DNA of 64,000 nt. Origin: Myxococcota bacterium (GTDB lineage Bacteria; Myxococcota_A; UBA796; UBA2385). This document shows positions 28,446-39,018 of this stretch, in pieces. The stretch's first letter is position 1. The number at the start of each line of letters is the position of its first letter. The translations under genes were made by a program, and so were the position numbers. The notes beneath the pieces are model-generated. The model made no database searches and was not told the origin of the DNA. It was given only the letters and a program-made list of their open reading frames with translations. The DNA lies in the NCBI GenBank assembly GCA_044344255.1, contig JBIJDH010000005.1:224001-288000 (forward strand). Direction: 5' to 3'.

Positions 28446-30086
28446 TCAGGCGTTGACCGCCGCGTCGAGCCCCCGGAGGGCGGTGAGGAGGTCGGGGCCG
28501 AGCGGGAGGAGGTCGGTGAGCGTGTCTTCCTGGTGCGCGCGACGCCCGCTGCCCCGTGTCACCGTCACGACCCGACCGGAGAGGTAGGTCCACATCGCCT
28601 GTCCCCTGCGGTGCTCCGCGGTGCAGCCGATCCAGCGGTCGTCCGCGGTCCGGGCAAAACAGGTGGCGTAGCCCTCGCCGCAGCGGATCGGCCTCCAGTC
28701 GACCTGGGGGAGGAGGTCGAGCCGAGGGCCGCCGCTCGGGCCTCGTTCGAAGCGGCGCCCCCCGACCTCGACGCTCAAGCGGAGGAGCTCGGCGGGCGCC
28801 TCCAGCCTCCGGCCGCTCGGCCCTTCGACCGGGGGCAACACCTGCCCCTGCTCCCGGAGCAGGCGGAGGAGCCGAGAGAGGGGGGGCGCCTCACGGACGA
28901 ACCAGCCGGCGACGGGCTCGAGGTCGAGGCCGGTCTGACGCACGCCAACCAAGCCGCCGAGGAGCTCGAGGTCGCGGCTCGACGCATCGGGCCAGCGCTG
29001 CACCAGCGGCGCCATGCCGAGCCCCCCCGGGAATGAGCCCGGACTGAGACCCGGGCCCCCCATCGTGCGGCCGGCCCGCTTCAGCTCAGCGGCGGCCTCC
29101 AGGCGGGCGGCGTAGGTCTTGTCGAATAGCGGGTTGCGCAGGGTGGGCTGGTGGTCCGCCCCCTGGCACACGTAGGGGAAGAGCTCGGCCACCCAGCCGA
29201 CGACGTTCTCTCCGCCATAAACCTCGAGGGGCACCCAGATCTGGCGCCAGAAGGCCCCGTCGGGTCGCCCTTCGGCGGTCTCGACGAGGGCGTCGAGGAT
29301 GGGGCGCAGCCGTTCGGCCCACCACCCGAGCTCCAGCGCCTCGAAGGCCTCCACCCGGGCCCGGATGCGACGCCAGTCCTCGGGGGTGCCGCGCAGCTCG
29401 ACCTCCGGGATGCCGCAGATGCAGAGCATCTCGAAGTCGAAGTAGCGCTTGAGGGCGCTCATCAGCAGGACGCGGCTCGCCACCTCGGCCTCGGGGGTGG
29501 TCGTGCTGAAGTCGCAGCGGAACAGGGCGGGCAGGCCGGGGCCGACCTCGGCCTCGACGAGGCCGCACCAACGGGCGATGGCGGAGGCCCAGCCGGCCTC
29601 ATCGAGCGTGCCGTCGGCCGGCCCGGGGATGACGAGGGCCCGCTTGCCCTCGTGTTGAACGAGGCGCCCACGGAGGCGCTCGGCGTTCTGCTCGATGTGG
29701 ACCGCGATCCCGTGGGCGAGGGTGAGCCACACCGCGTCGGGCGTGAGGACGAGGGGGCGGTGCTCGGTGAAGGCACGATGGACCGCGCCCACCAGGGGGT
29801 GGTCGTCTGGCACCTCGATGAAGGGGCCGCGGGCGGCGGCGGCGAGGGGGCCCGCGGCCGGCGCCCCGGGCGGCGACCCCACGGCGCGCGCCATCACCTC
29901 GGCGGGGTCGAGCTCGGAGCAGGGCTGCTGCGCAGGGTCCACTGGGTCCACCGCGAAGCGCAGCCCGCCGCTCACCCCCGGGCGGCAGGCGAGGCGCTCG
30001 GGGCGGAGCGGGGCGCTGCCGTGCGATGGCGGGGGGCCCCCGGAGAGCAGGCCGAGGCGGACGAGGAGGTCATTCCACAGGCTCAT
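28446..30086 (-). CDS. DUF4419-like protein
   Basis: AFTEHRPLVLTPDAVW, DFSTT, KRYFDF, CGIPEVELRGTPEDW, GW...FPY. Confidence 0.7.
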   Translation of the reverse strand: MSLWNDLLVRLGLLSGGPPPSHGSAPLRPERLACRPGVSGGLRFAVDPVDPAQQPCSELDPAEVMARAVGSPPGAPAAGPLAAAARGPFIEVPDDHPLVGAVHRAFTEHRPLVLTPDAVWLTLAHGIAVHIEQNAERLRGRLVQHEGKRALVIPGPADGTLDEAGWASAIARWCGLVEAEVGPGLPALFRCDFSTTTPEAEVASRVLLMSALKRYFDFEMLCICGIPEVELRGTPEDWRRIRARVEAFEALELGWWAERLRPILDALVETAEGRPDGAFWRQIWVPLEVYGGENVVGWVAELFPYVCQGADHQPTLRNPLFDKTYAARLEAAAELKRAGRTMGGPGLSPGSFPGGLGMAPLVQRWPDASSRDLELLGGLVGVRQTGLDLEPVAGWFVREAPPLSRLLRLLREQGQVLPPVEGPSGRRLEAPAELLRLSVEVGGRRFERGPSGGPRLDLLPQVDWRPIRCGEGYATCFARTADDRWIGCTAEHRRGQAMWTYLSGRVVTVTRGSGRRAHQEDTLTDLLPLGPDLLTALRGLDAAVNA

Positions 30087-32226
30087 GGGGGCGCTCCGGT
30101 GGAGGGGGGGGCTCCGCGCCCGCTCCGTTCGTCGGCGCGGCCGGCGGCGGGGCGGGTGTCGGCATCTTCTCCCGCCAGGCGGCGAGGTCGAAGGCCGACA
30201 TGAAGTAACGGTCGGGGATGTCGCGGGCGGGCAGCTCGACCTCGTTGGCCGACCAGGGCATCCAGGCCGGGCCGGGGGGCAGCTCTTTGCCGGGCCACTC
30301 GAAGCCCTGCTGCTCCACGGTCTCGATGGGGGTCTGCCCGAGGCGCTCCATCAAGGCGCGCACGACGTGCCGGTAGTGGGTGCCGCCGAGCCGCGGCTCG
30401 GTCAGGTAGAAGCCGCGCTCGTGGATGACCAGCCAGCGGTACTCCCCCGCCTCCATCAGGCGGGTGAGGTCGATGTCGTGCAGGTCACCCAGGTTCGCCT
30501 CGAGGGGCGTCGTGGAGAGCAGGCGGAAGAAGTCCCAGATGGGGTCCTTCTTCGGCTCGGCGCGGGCCAGCCAGCGCAGGCGCTCCGCGGGCTCTCCGCC
30601 GCCCATCTGGCGGAGCTCCGGCGGCAGCGCCGGCAGCGAGGCCCAGGAGCGGTAGACCTTCTGGGTGTGAAAGGACTGGTAGGCGCAGAGGATGTCCTGC
30701 TGCTGATCGAGCGGCAGCTCGATGATGCCCTGCTTGACGGTGGGATCGAGGCCTGCGTACCACTCCGGCAGCACGAAGGCGCTCACCTGGACGGGCAGGC
30801 GCCAGGTGGTGGGCGCGATCGACCCCTTGGCCACCTCCCCCGGGTCAAAGCGGTAAAAGGGCTGGGTGAGCACGGCGGCGAAGACCACGAGCCCGATGAC
30901 CCTCCGCCAACCGGGGCGGAGCCGATCGAGGCTCAGGGCGAGCAGGATCGTGGAGAGCACCACCACCATGCTGAAGAGCCGGTAGGGCGCGAACATTCGG
31001 GACATGCCCGGGATGAACTGGAACATCCAGGCGTAGGGCAGCCGGACGACGAACTCCCCGGAGACCTTGACCACCTCGCTCATGTCCTTGTGGGAGCCGA
31101 GCTTGAGGAAGGGCCCGAGGGTGCCCAAGTAGAAGAAGAGCCAGATGAGCAGCCAGGAGCGGGCGCGGCGCGTGAAGAAGGCGGGAATGATGCCCGCGAC
31201 CAGCACCGCCACCGGGAAGGCCCGCGTCCCGTGCTTCGTGTTCCAGAGGTAGTCGGCGGGCCAGCCGGAGTCGATCGTCCGGTGGATCGAAGAGAGCACG
31301 TTCTCCCGGTAGGTCGAGGGCCGGAGCGGCGCTGCGGCGATGGTGTCGTAGGCGGGGAAGGGGAGGAAGAAGCTGAGCTCGGGCAGCTTGGCCACCCCGC
31401 CCCGGCCGCCCTGCTCGTCGCTCGCCCGCAGGTAGGGGGAGACGAAGATGAGCGAGCCGAGCACCGCCGCGGCGAAGGCCGGGAGGACCGGGCGGGCGAG
31501 GATGCGCAGCGGCGGCCGGTCTTCTATGTACCAACCCACCACGGCGAAGAGCGTGAACAGCACGGCGAAGAGGCCGTAGAACCAGTAGAAGGCGGCGATG
31601 AGCACGAAGCAGAGGCCGACCGCGAGGCCATCGAGGGCGGAGCCGGTGCGCCAGGCCCGCTGCAGGAGGGCCGGGTAGAGCAGGAGCCACCACAAGAGCG
31701 CCTGTCGAAAGCCGGAATTACCGAGCTCCATGAAGGTGATCGGGTTGGCCATCGCGAGCGCCCCGGCGGCGGCCGACACCGCCCGCGAGCTCGTGAAGGA
31801 GCGGGCGAGCGCGTAGCCGCAGAGCCCGTTCCCCCAGAGGATGATCAGCGCCTTCAGGTTGTGATGGGCGGGGAAGCCGAAGAAGTGCTCCAGCGGATAC
31901 GAGAGGAGCAGCACGTCGAGGATGTTGCCGGTCTCGGGGTAGCGCCCGAGGCCGAGGAGGGTGGCGAGCTGCCCGAGGAGCCCCCCGTCGGTCGCGGCGA
32001 TCGAGCGCACCTCCTCGAAGTGCCACCACTGCCGCCAGAGCCAGCCGCCGAGCTCTCCGCCGCCGAGGATGACCCCGTCGAGGTGCCCGGCCACCGGCCA
32101 GGTCAGCGCGACGGCCGCCGCGGCGAAGATCAGCACCGCCGCGGAGCCCTCGAGGGAGGCCCGCCGCAGCCGCAGCCGGGTGATCGGGTCCATCCGTCGC
32201 AGATTCAGGGTGTCGCGCAGGGGCAT
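30070..32226 (-). CDS. Polytopic membrane protein, GT-C-like
   Basis: LTWP, WW, YP.., WFYG, LGP, ELPL, YQ..H pattern shared with the neighbouring gene. Confidence 0.6.
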   Translation of the reverse strand: MPLRDTLNLRRMDPITRLRLRRASLEGSAAVLIFAAAAVALTWPVAGHLDGVILGGGELGGWLWRQWWHFEEVRSIAATDGGLLGQLATLLGLGRYPETGNILDVLLLSYPLEHFFGFPAHHNLKALIILWGNGLCGYALARSFTSSRAVSAAAGALAMANPITFMELGNSGFRQALLWWLLLYPALLQRAWRTGSALDGLAVGLCFVLIAAFYWFYGLFAVLFTLFAVVGWYIEDRPPLRILARPVLPAFAAAVLGSLIFVSPYLRASDEQGGRGGVAKLPELSFFLPFPAYDTIAAAPLRPSTYRENVLSSIHRTIDSGWPADYLWNTKHGTRAFPVAVLVAGIIPAFFTRRARSWLLIWLFFYLGTLGPFLKLGSHKDMSEVVKVSGEFVVRLPYAWMFQFIPGMSRMFAPYRLFSMVVVLSTILLALSLDRLRPGWRRVIGLVVFAAVLTQPFYRFDPGEVAKGSIAPTTWRLPVQVSAFVLPEWYAGLDPTVKQGIIELPLDQQQDILCAYQSFHTQKVYRSWASLPALPPELRQMGGGEPAERLRWLARAEPKKDPIWDFFRLLSTTPLEANLGDLHDIDLTRLMEAGEYRWLVIHERGFYLTEPRLGGTHYRHVVRALMERLGQTPIETVEQQGFEWPGKELPPGPAWMPWSANEVELPARDIPDRYFMSAFDLAAWREKMPTPAPPPAAPTNGAGAEPPPPPERPHEPVE

Positions 32227-33993
32227 CTAGGGCGCCCCCCCGGCGCCGGGCGCGGTGAGGGTGTAGACGCGCAGCCCATCCTCGGGCCAGGGCCGGGCGC
32301 CGCCGATGGCGCCGTCGAGCACGGCGAGCAGCTGCTCGAGCTTCCAGGCGGGGTACAGGCGCTCGTGGACCACGAGGTAGCGGTAGCCCTGTCGGGCCAA
32401 GGCGCGGGCGCTCACCACGATGTCGAGCTCCGGTAGGCGGGCTGGCAGGGTGCGGGCTCGGCTGGCCTCCATGCGGATGAGGGTGGTGGTGAGCCGGTTG
32501 CGGAGCAGCGCGGCGGGCATGGGGTCGTTCAAGCCCCACGGGGCCGGCCGCTGGTGGGCGGTCTGGTACCAGGAGTAGACGGCCCGCTCGAGGTTGGGGA
32601 TCGTGAGCGGGAGGTCGAGGACGGCGCCGGGCGTGGGGTCGTCGGCCATCTCGAGGTAGGCCTGCGGGATGTGGGCGTCTCCGGCCGGGACGGGCAAGGT
32701 GGCCGGCGAGCCGAGGCGCACCTCGACGAGGACGGCGAGGCAGAGCGCCAAGATGACGAGGCCCCGCCGCTGGGGCGACTGTCCGCGCAGCAGGTGGCGG
32801 GCCCCCTGCGCGGCGAGCAGCCCGAGGCAGAGCATCACCCCGGTCACGAAACGAAAGGGGTGGGAGATGCGGTCGAAGAGGGGCAGCCCCTCGAAGAGCA
32901 GCAAGAAGGGGAGGGGGATTCGGTGCCCAGCCAGCTCGACGTAGCGCCCGCCCGCGTGGAGGTAGGGGCCGAGGCTGAACAGGAAGAACATGCCGCCGAT
33001 CCACAGCCAGGGCTGATTCTCGCGGCCTCTACGGGTGGCGAGCAGCGCCGCGGCCGACAGCCCGAGGGCGATCCAGCCGAGGTAGATGATGATGACCAGC
33101 TCCTCACCGTAGAGGGTGAAGAGGTCGGGCCGCGGCGTCTTCCCGGGGATGAGCAGCGCGTAGACGTCGGTCATGTTGTGGTTGAGCAGGGAGCCCCACA
33201 CGAAGTCGGGGTCGCGGGTGACGAGGGCGTCGTCGGCCTCGAGGGAGGCGCGGAAGCCGAGCAGCATCGGCCCGACGAGGGCGCCGGCCAGGAGCCCCCC
33301 GCCGCCGAGGGCGAACAGCCAGCGGCGGGCGCTGACCACCTCGGTCTGCTGGGCGAGGGTCCAGAGCAGCAGCACCACGCCGGCGATCGCGGTGAGCAGG
33401 CCGTAATACCAGCTCGTGAGCACGCAGGCGGCGGCGGCGAGGCCGAGCAGGGCGCCCCGCTTCAGGCTGGGGCGGTCGATGACCCGCACGAGGGCCCAGA
33501 GGGTGAGCGGCATCCAGCCGGCGCAGACGGTCTCGGAGATGCCGTTGTAGGCCTGCCCGAGGAGCTGGGGGGAGGCGCCGTAGATGAGGGCGGCGAGGGC
33601 GGCGGTGAGGTCGTCTCCGCTCACCCGGCGGGCGAGGAGCCAGGCGGCGAAGGCGGAGAAGGCGACGCCGCTCATCATCACGACGTTGAACGCGAAGGCG
33701 GGGCCGAGCGTGAGGGTGAGCGGGGCCACCGCGACCGCTTGGACCGTGTCGATGAAGTAGAGCGTGCCGCCGTCGGGAAAAGCGAGGAGGTCGGTGTGGG
33801 CGGGCCAGCGGCCCTGGCGGAGCTCATCGGCGACCCACCAGTAGCCCCAGGCGTGGTTCCAGGTGTCGTTGCCCGGGTGGCCGAGCAGGCGGTCGACCGG
33901 GTGCAACAGCACGGGCCACGTCAGCAGGACGGCGAGGCCGATGGCGCCGAGCGCGGCCAGGAGGGTGGGGGATCGGGACGCGGCGGGGCCCAT
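32227..33993 (-). CDS. Polytopic membrane protein, GT-C-like (paralog of neighbour)
   Basis: LTWP, DTWNHAWGYWW, FPDG, WYYG, SLGP, P.RF, DLPL, YQTAH. Confidence 0.65.
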   Translation of the reverse strand: MGPAASRSPTLLAALGAIGLAVLLTWPVLLHPVDRLLGHPGNDTWNHAWGYWWVADELRQGRWPAHTDLLAFPDGGTLYFIDTVQAVAVAPLTLTLGPAFAFNVVMMSGVAFSAFAAWLLARRVSGDDLTAALAALIYGASPQLLGQAYNGISETVCAGWMPLTLWALVRVIDRPSLKRGALLGLAAAACVLTSWYYGLLTAIAGVVLLLWTLAQQTEVVSARRWLFALGGGGLLAGALVGPMLLGFRASLEADDALVTRDPDFVWGSLLNHNMTDVYALLIPGKTPRPDLFTLYGEELVIIIYLGWIALGLSAAALLATRRGRENQPWLWIGGMFFLFSLGPYLHAGGRYVELAGHRIPLPFLLLFEGLPLFDRISHPFRFVTGVMLCLGLLAAQGARHLLRGQSPQRRGLVILALCLAVLVEVRLGSPATLPVPAGDAHIPQAYLEMADDPTPGAVLDLPLTIPNLERAVYSWYQTAHQRPAPWGLNDPMPAALLRNRLTTTLIRMEASRARTLPARLPELDIVVSARALARQGYRYLVVHERLYPAWKLEQLLAVLDGAIGGARPWPEDGLRVYTLTAPGAGGAP

Positions 33994-34036
33994 GGTCGGG
34001 CAGTCTACCGGAGCGAGCGGTGGTAGGCTCGGCCGG

Positions 34037-34945
34037 ATGCGCTGGTCCACACTCTTCGCCTGCCTGCTCGGCGGCCTGCTCGGATGCCTCGCCGCCTGTG
34101 GCGGGGAGCCCACCCCTCTGCCCACGGAGGCCGCCGTCGCCGAGCTCGACCGCAGCCTGGAGCCGCCGCTCTACCAGCTCCTCTACGACGCGCCCCTGCT
34201 GCCCGATCTCCAGCACGACGCCGCCAAGGTGCGGCTGCTGATCTGGCTCCGGCACATGCAGCTCAGCGCCGAGCAGCTCCAGCGCCTCGCCGGCCTCCGC
34301 GCCACCGCGATCGAGCGTAAGGCCCGGCTCGACGCCGCCGAGGCGCAGGTCACCTCGCGGTACGCCGGGGAGGAGAGTCGGGTCTACGCCGAGCTCTGGG
34401 GGGCGATGTCGAGGGGGGCGCCGACGGACGCCCCCGAGATGACGGACCTCACCGAGCAGCTCCGTGAGCTCCGGGCTGGCGGCGCGCGGGAGCGCGAGCT
34501 CCTGACCCTCCGCCTCGAGGGCATCCGCTCGATCCTCGACGCGGAGCAGGAGTTCCTCCGCTCGCTGAGCCCGCGCCAGGAGGCCCTGCTCGCCGACGCC
34601 CTCTTCTTTCTGCGCCACCGCCTCGACCCCGTCGCCAACCCGGGCGACTTCCGCGCCCTCGCTGGGAGCGTCTACGAGCAAGGCCAGTACGCGATCCTCA
34701 CCCGCGGCACCGGCGACGTGGCGGGCGAGAACCTGAACATCGGCGCCCTGTGGTCAGAGGCCCCCGGCATCCAGGCCCATGAGCTGCACGAGGCCCGCCG
34801 AGAGGTCATCCTCTTCCTCGCGCTGCTCGAGCCGGGCCTCGAGGAGGCCGTCGCCGCGGCGCTGCCGCTCGCAGGGGTCCCCGCGGGGGGCGGAGCTTCA
34901 TCTTCTGCGCCGCCACCGTCGCAGCCGCAGCCGCCTGCGCCGTGA
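34037..34945 (+). CDS. Helical lipoprotein of unknown function
   Basis: LAAC lipobox; GC3-biased codons. Confidence 0.6.
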   Translation: MRWSTLFACLLGGLLGCLAACGGEPTPLPTEAAVAELDRSLEPPLYQLLYDAPLLPDLQHDAAKVRLLIWLRHMQLSAEQLQRLAGLRATAIERKARLDAAEAQVTSRYAGEESRVYAELWGAMSRGAPTDAPEMTDLTEQLRELRAGGARERELLTLRLEGIRSILDAEQEFLRSLSPRQEALLADALFFLRHRLDPVANPGDFRALAGSVYEQGQYAILTRGTGDVAGENLNIGALWSEAPGIQAHELHEARREVILFLALLEPGLEEAVAAALPLAGVPAGGGASSSAPPPSQPQPPAP

Positions 34946-35829
34946 CCCAGCGGGTGCAGGTGGTGCTGCCCCGCCACCTCGGGGACGCGGTGCTGACGCT
35001 CGGCGCGGTGGAGTCGCTGTTGGGCCTCGGGCCTGTCTGGCTCTCCGGGGGCGGCTTCACCCGGGAGCTCTTCGGCCACCTCGACGTCCACTTCGGTTGG
35101 ACAGAGGCCGCAGACCTCGCGGTCCTGTTCAAGCCCTCGTTCAGCGCCGCCTGGCAGGCGCGGCGGGCGGCGCGGCGGGTGGGGCTGGCCACTGACGGGC
35201 GCTGGCCCCTGCTCGACGTCGCCGTGGTGCCCGGTCGGGGGCATCGGATCGAGGACTTCGCGGCGATCGTAAGGGCCGCTGGAGCGCCGACACCGCGCCT
35301 GCCTCACCTCCCGACCGCCGTCGGCCCCTCCCTCGCGGGGCACCAGCTCCTGCTGCCGGGGAGCCGGAGCGGCGTGACCGTTCGGTGGCCGGGCTACCGG
35401 GCCCTGGCCGATCGCCTCGCAGGGGAGGGGGTGCGGGTGCTCTTCGCGGGCGGCCCCGACGAGGAGGCCGACGTGGCCGCGATCGCCGGGCCTCACCCCC
35501 GGCTCGGCTCCACCGCGCTGCACGACATCGCCTCGGCCGCCGCGCGGGTCGATCGGGTCATCGGCAACGACGCGGGGCTCAGCCACCTCGCCGCTGCGGC
35601 GCGGCGCGGGGCGGGCCGGTCCGTCTCGGATGTGGTCGTGATCTGTGGATCGACCGCCCCGGATCGCACCGCGGCGCCGGGAGCGAGCGCCCTCCGAGCG
35701 CCTCGCCCTCCCCCCTGTTGGCCCTGCTACCGGAAGTCATGCCCGGTTGGACTGTCGTGTATGGACTTCGACCCCTTCGCCGGAGCCGACCCTGCTCAGT
35801 TCAGCGTCCCCGTCGTGGTGACCGAGTAG
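34942..35829 (+). CDS. Glycosyltransferase family 9 (heptosyltransferase-like)
   Basis: HLGDAVL, RWP, IGNDAGLSHLAAA, CWPC..C...C. Confidence 0.8.
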   Translation: MTQRVQVVLPRHLGDAVLTLGAVESLLGLGPVWLSGGGFTRELFGHLDVHFGWTEAADLAVLFKPSFSAAWQARRAARRVGLATDGRWPLLDVAVVPGRGHRIEDFAAIVRAAGAPTPRLPHLPTAVGPSLAGHQLLLPGSRSGVTVRWPGYRALADRLAGEGVRVLFAGGPDEEADVAAIAGPHPRLGSTALHDIASAAARVDRVIGNDAGLSHLAAAARRGAGRSVSDVVVICGSTAPDRTAAPGASALRAPRPPPCWPCYRKSCPVGLSCMDFDPFAGADPAQFSVPVVVTE

Positions 35830-36368
35830 GTGTAGTAGTAGCCGTATCCGTAGGCAGAGGCCTCGTAGGTGTAGGAGGTCCAGCTCAGCTCGTCCCCCGA
35901 CTTGTCAGCGAGGTAGACAGGGTACCACTGGTCATTGTACTCGTACATCATCACCTCGTAGGTGGTGTCATTGTACGGGTACTCGGCGACGTAGGCGAGG
36001 GTCTGTTCAAAATCTTCGGAGGGGCTGCAGGCGCCGTCGTTCAGGTCGCTCTTGCTCTCGTTGTACACATAGCGGAGGTCGAGCGAGAAGTCACAGTCGG
36101 GGCAAGCCTCCGAATAGCTGCCCTCGACGTCCCAGACCCAAGCGCAGAGGCCCTCGCTGGTGTCGCCCCCGACGAGGTTGACGTCGTCCGACATCTCTCC
36201 CTCGAAGTCCGCGCCGCCGCCGCCGCCGCCGCCACCTCCGTCACCGCCGCCTTCTTCTTCGCTGAGCAAGTCACCGACGGCCTTGTCAATACAACCCGAC
36301 ACCGTGGTGACGGTGAGGACGAGGAGGGCGAGGGGAGCAAAGCGCGCGAGCGGGGACTTGGAAGACAA
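35796..36368 (-). CDS. Acidic, Tyr-rich lipoprotein with poly-Gly linker
   Basis: VSGC lipobox, CPDC; its stop overlaps the convergent GT9 gene. Confidence 0.6.
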   Translation of the reverse strand: MSSKSPLARFAPLALLVLTVTTVSGCIDKAVGDLLSEEEGGGDGGGGGGGGGADFEGEMSDDVNLVGGDTSEGLCAWVWDVEGSYSEACPDCDFSLDLRYVYNESKSDLNDGACSPSEDFEQTLAYVAEYPYNDTTYEVMMYEYNDQWYPVYLADKSGDELSWTSYTYEASAYGYGYYYTYSVTTTGTLN

Positions 36369-36501
36369 GCGGACTCCAATGTTGCCGGAGCAGTATCGCG
36401 GAGCGGCGCCCGCGTCGGGGAGCGGGCGTGCGGCGAAGTCGTGAATTCGCGAGCGGCCTGCTGCGCATCAACCCGGACCGGCGGGTTAACCGGCGGACAC
36501 C

Positions 36502-36927
36502 ATGGCCCTCATCTCGATTACAGACCGCCTCTTCATCGACGAGGCTCACCTCCACGAGGACTTCGCGCGGGCCGGCGGTCCCGGCGGCCAGAACGTCAAC
36601 AAGGTAGAGACGGCGGTACAGCTCCGCTTTGACCTCGCCGCCTCCGCCCTCCCCGAGGAGGTGAAGCTCCGGGCGGGCGCCCTCGCGGGGAGCCGCCTCA
36701 CCGCCGAGGGGGTCATCCTCATCCTCGCGCGCCGCTTCCGCACCCAGGACGCCAACCGTAAGGACGCTCGCGAGCGGCTGATCGCCCTCCTCCGGGCGGC
36801 CTCGGTGCGCCCGGAGCTCCGCCGCCCGACCCGCCCCACCGCGGGCTCTCGTCGGCGCCGCCTCGCCGGGAAGGCCCAGCGTGGGGAGACGAAGCGGCTG
36901 CGCGGCAAGGTGGACAAGGGGGACTGA
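36502..36927 (+). CDS. arfB: Alternative ribosome rescue peptidyl-tRNA hydrolase
   Basis: [17 protein letters not shown], basic RRPTRPT tail. Confidence 0.93.
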   Translation: MALISITDRLFIDEAHLHEDFARAGGPGGQNVNKVETAVQLRFDLAASALPEEVKLRAGALAGSRLTAEGVILILARRFRTQDANRKDARERLIALLRAASVRPELRRPTRPTAGSRRRRLAGKAQRGETKRLRGKVDKGD

Positions 36928-36944
36928 ACAGAGTAGCAGGGTGT

Positions 36945-38966
36945 ATGGCCGACTTCAAGCTGCACCTGCCCTACCAGCCCGCCGGCGACCAGCCTGGCGC
37001 CATTCAGGCCCTCACCGAGGGGGTGCTCCGCGGAGACCGCCACCAGGTGCTGCTCGGCGCCACCGGCACCGGCAAGACCTTCACGATCGCCAACGTCATC
37101 GCGAACGTGAAGCGTCCCACGCTGGTGCTCTCCCACAACAAGACGCTGGCCGCTCAGCTCTTCGGCGAGCTGCGAAACTACTTCCCCGACAACGCGGTCG
37201 AGTATTTCGTAAGTTACTACGACTACTATCAGCCAGAGGCTTACGTCGCGTCGTCTGACACGTACATCCAAAAAGACGCGCTCATCAACGAGCGAATCGA
37301 CAAGCTGCGCCACAGCGCGACGCGCACCCTCCTCCAGAGAGACGACGTCATCATCGTCTCGAGCGTCTCTTGCATCTACGGCCTCGGCTCCCGCGAGGCC
37401 TACGACGGCATGCTCCTCGCCCTGCACGTGGGCCAGCAGATCGACCGACGCGTGATCCTGAGCAAGCTGACCGAGATCCAGTACGAGAGGAACGAGGCGG
37501 ACTTTCACCGTGGCACCTTCAGAGCCCGGGGCGACGTCATCGAGATCTTCCCCGCCCACGAAGACGAGCGGGCGATCCGGGTGGAGCTCTTCGGCGATGA
37601 GGTGGAGCGCATCAGCGTGATCGACGCGCTGCGCGGCCAGCGCCTCGAGCCGCTTGACCGCGTCGCCATCTACCCGGCCAGCCACTACGTCACCCCCGAG
37701 GCCGAGATGCGGCGGGCGGTGGCCGCCATCCGGGTCGAGCTGGGCGAGCGCCTCACCGAGCTCCGGGAGCGGAGCTGGCTGCTGGAGGCGCAGCGGCTCG
37801 AGGAGCGGACGATGTTCGACCTCGAGATGATCGAGCAGACGGGTCGCTGCAACGGCATCGAGAACTACTCCCGCCACCTCTCCGGCCGGGAGACGGGTGC
37901 GCCGCCGCCCACCCTCATCGAGTTCTTCCCGGCGCACCGGTGGTTGTTGGTGGCCGACGAGAGCCACGTCACGATGCCCCAGGTCTCGGGCATGTTCAAG
38001 GGCGACCGTTCGCGAAAAGAGACGCTCGTACGCCATGGGTTTCGCCTTCCGAGCGCGCTTGACAACCGGCCCCTGCGCTTCGAGGAGTTTGAGGACATCG
38101 TCCACCAGGCGATCTTCGTGTCGGCCACCCCCGCGGAGTACGAGCTGGCCGCCGCGGGGGGCGTGGTGGTGGAGCAGATCATTCGCCCCACCGGCCTGCT
38201 GGACCCTGTGATCACCGTGCGCCCCGCCGCCCAGCAGGTCGATGACCTCCTGGCCGAGATCCGCGCTACCATCGCCGCGGGGAACCGCGCGCTGGTCACG
38301 GTCCTCACCAAGCGCATGGCCCAGGAGCTGGCCGACTACTACCAGGAGCTCGGCCTCAAGTGCCGCTACCTCCACTCCGACATCGACACCCTCGAGCGGG
38401 TCGAGATCGTGCGCGACCTCCGCCTCGGCGTCTACGACGTGCTGGTGGGCATCAACCTCCTGCGGGAGGGCCTCGACATCCCCGAGGTGGCCCTGGTCGC
38501 AGTGCTCGACGCCGACAAGGAGGGCTTCCTCCGCAACGCCACCTCCCTCATCCAGACCATCGGCCGCGCCGCCCGAAACGTCGATGGTCGCGTCATCCTC
38601 TACGCAGACCGCCTCACCCCCTCGATGGAGCAGGCCATCGGCGAGACCGACCGCCGCCGGGAGAAGCAGGTCGCTTACAACCTGGAGCACGGCATCACCC
38701 CGGAGACCATCCGCAAGTCGGTGGAGAGCCCGCTGGCGATGCTGCTCGACGGCGAGCGGGTGCTGGCCCGCAAGGACGCCGGCCCGCAGCTCCCCCTCAC
38801 CGAGAAGGGGCAGGTCGACGCTCAGAGCGTGGGCAACACGATCAAGCGCCTCAAGGCCGAGATGAAGGACGCCGCCAAGCGCCTCGAGTTCGAGCGGGCC
38901 GCCGAGCTCCGAGACCGTGTCCGCGAGATGGAGACCTGGGCCCTCGAGGCCGGGGTGGCGGTGTAG
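36945..38966 (+). CDS. uvrB: Excinuclease ABC subunit B
   Basis: [36 protein letters not shown]-terminal UVR domain. Confidence 0.97.
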   Translation: MADFKLHLPYQPAGDQPGAIQALTEGVLRGDRHQVLLGATGTGKTFTIANVIANVKRPTLVLSHNKTLAAQLFGELRNYFPDNAVEYFVSYYDYYQPEAYVASSDTYIQKDALINERIDKLRHSATRTLLQRDDVIIVSSVSCIYGLGSREAYDGMLLALHVGQQIDRRVILSKLTEIQYERNEADFHRGTFRARGDVIEIFPAHEDERAIRVELFGDEVERISVIDALRGQRLEPLDRVAIYPASHYVTPEAEMRRAVAAIRVELGERLTELRERSWLLEAQRLEERTMFDLEMIEQTGRCNGIENYSRHLSGRETGAPPPTLIEFFPAHRWLLVADESHVTMPQVSGMFKGDRSRKETLVRHGFRLPSALDNRPLRFEEFEDIVHQAIFVSATPAEYELAAAGGVVVEQIIRPTGLLDPVITVRPAAQQVDDLLAEIRATIAAGNRALVTVLTKRMAQELADYYQELGLKCRYLHSDIDTLERVEIVRDLRLGVYDVLVGINLLREGLDIPEVALVAVLDADKEGFLRNATSLIQTIGRAARNVDGRVILYADRLTPSMEQAIGETDRRREKQVAYNLEHGITPETIRKSVESPLAMLLDGERVLARKDAGPQLPLTEKGQVDAQSVGNTIKRLKAEMKDAAKRLEFERAAELRDRVREMETWALEAGVAV

Positions 38967-39018
38967 TCTCCGGGCGTCTTCCCCGGGGAGGCCGTCGCTC
39001 GGCCTCGCTCAGCCTCGA

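Noticed and set aside
36205..36250. GCC microsatellite as a phase-variation switch
   Set aside because: Trinucleotide unit encoding a Gly linker; length changes keep the frame
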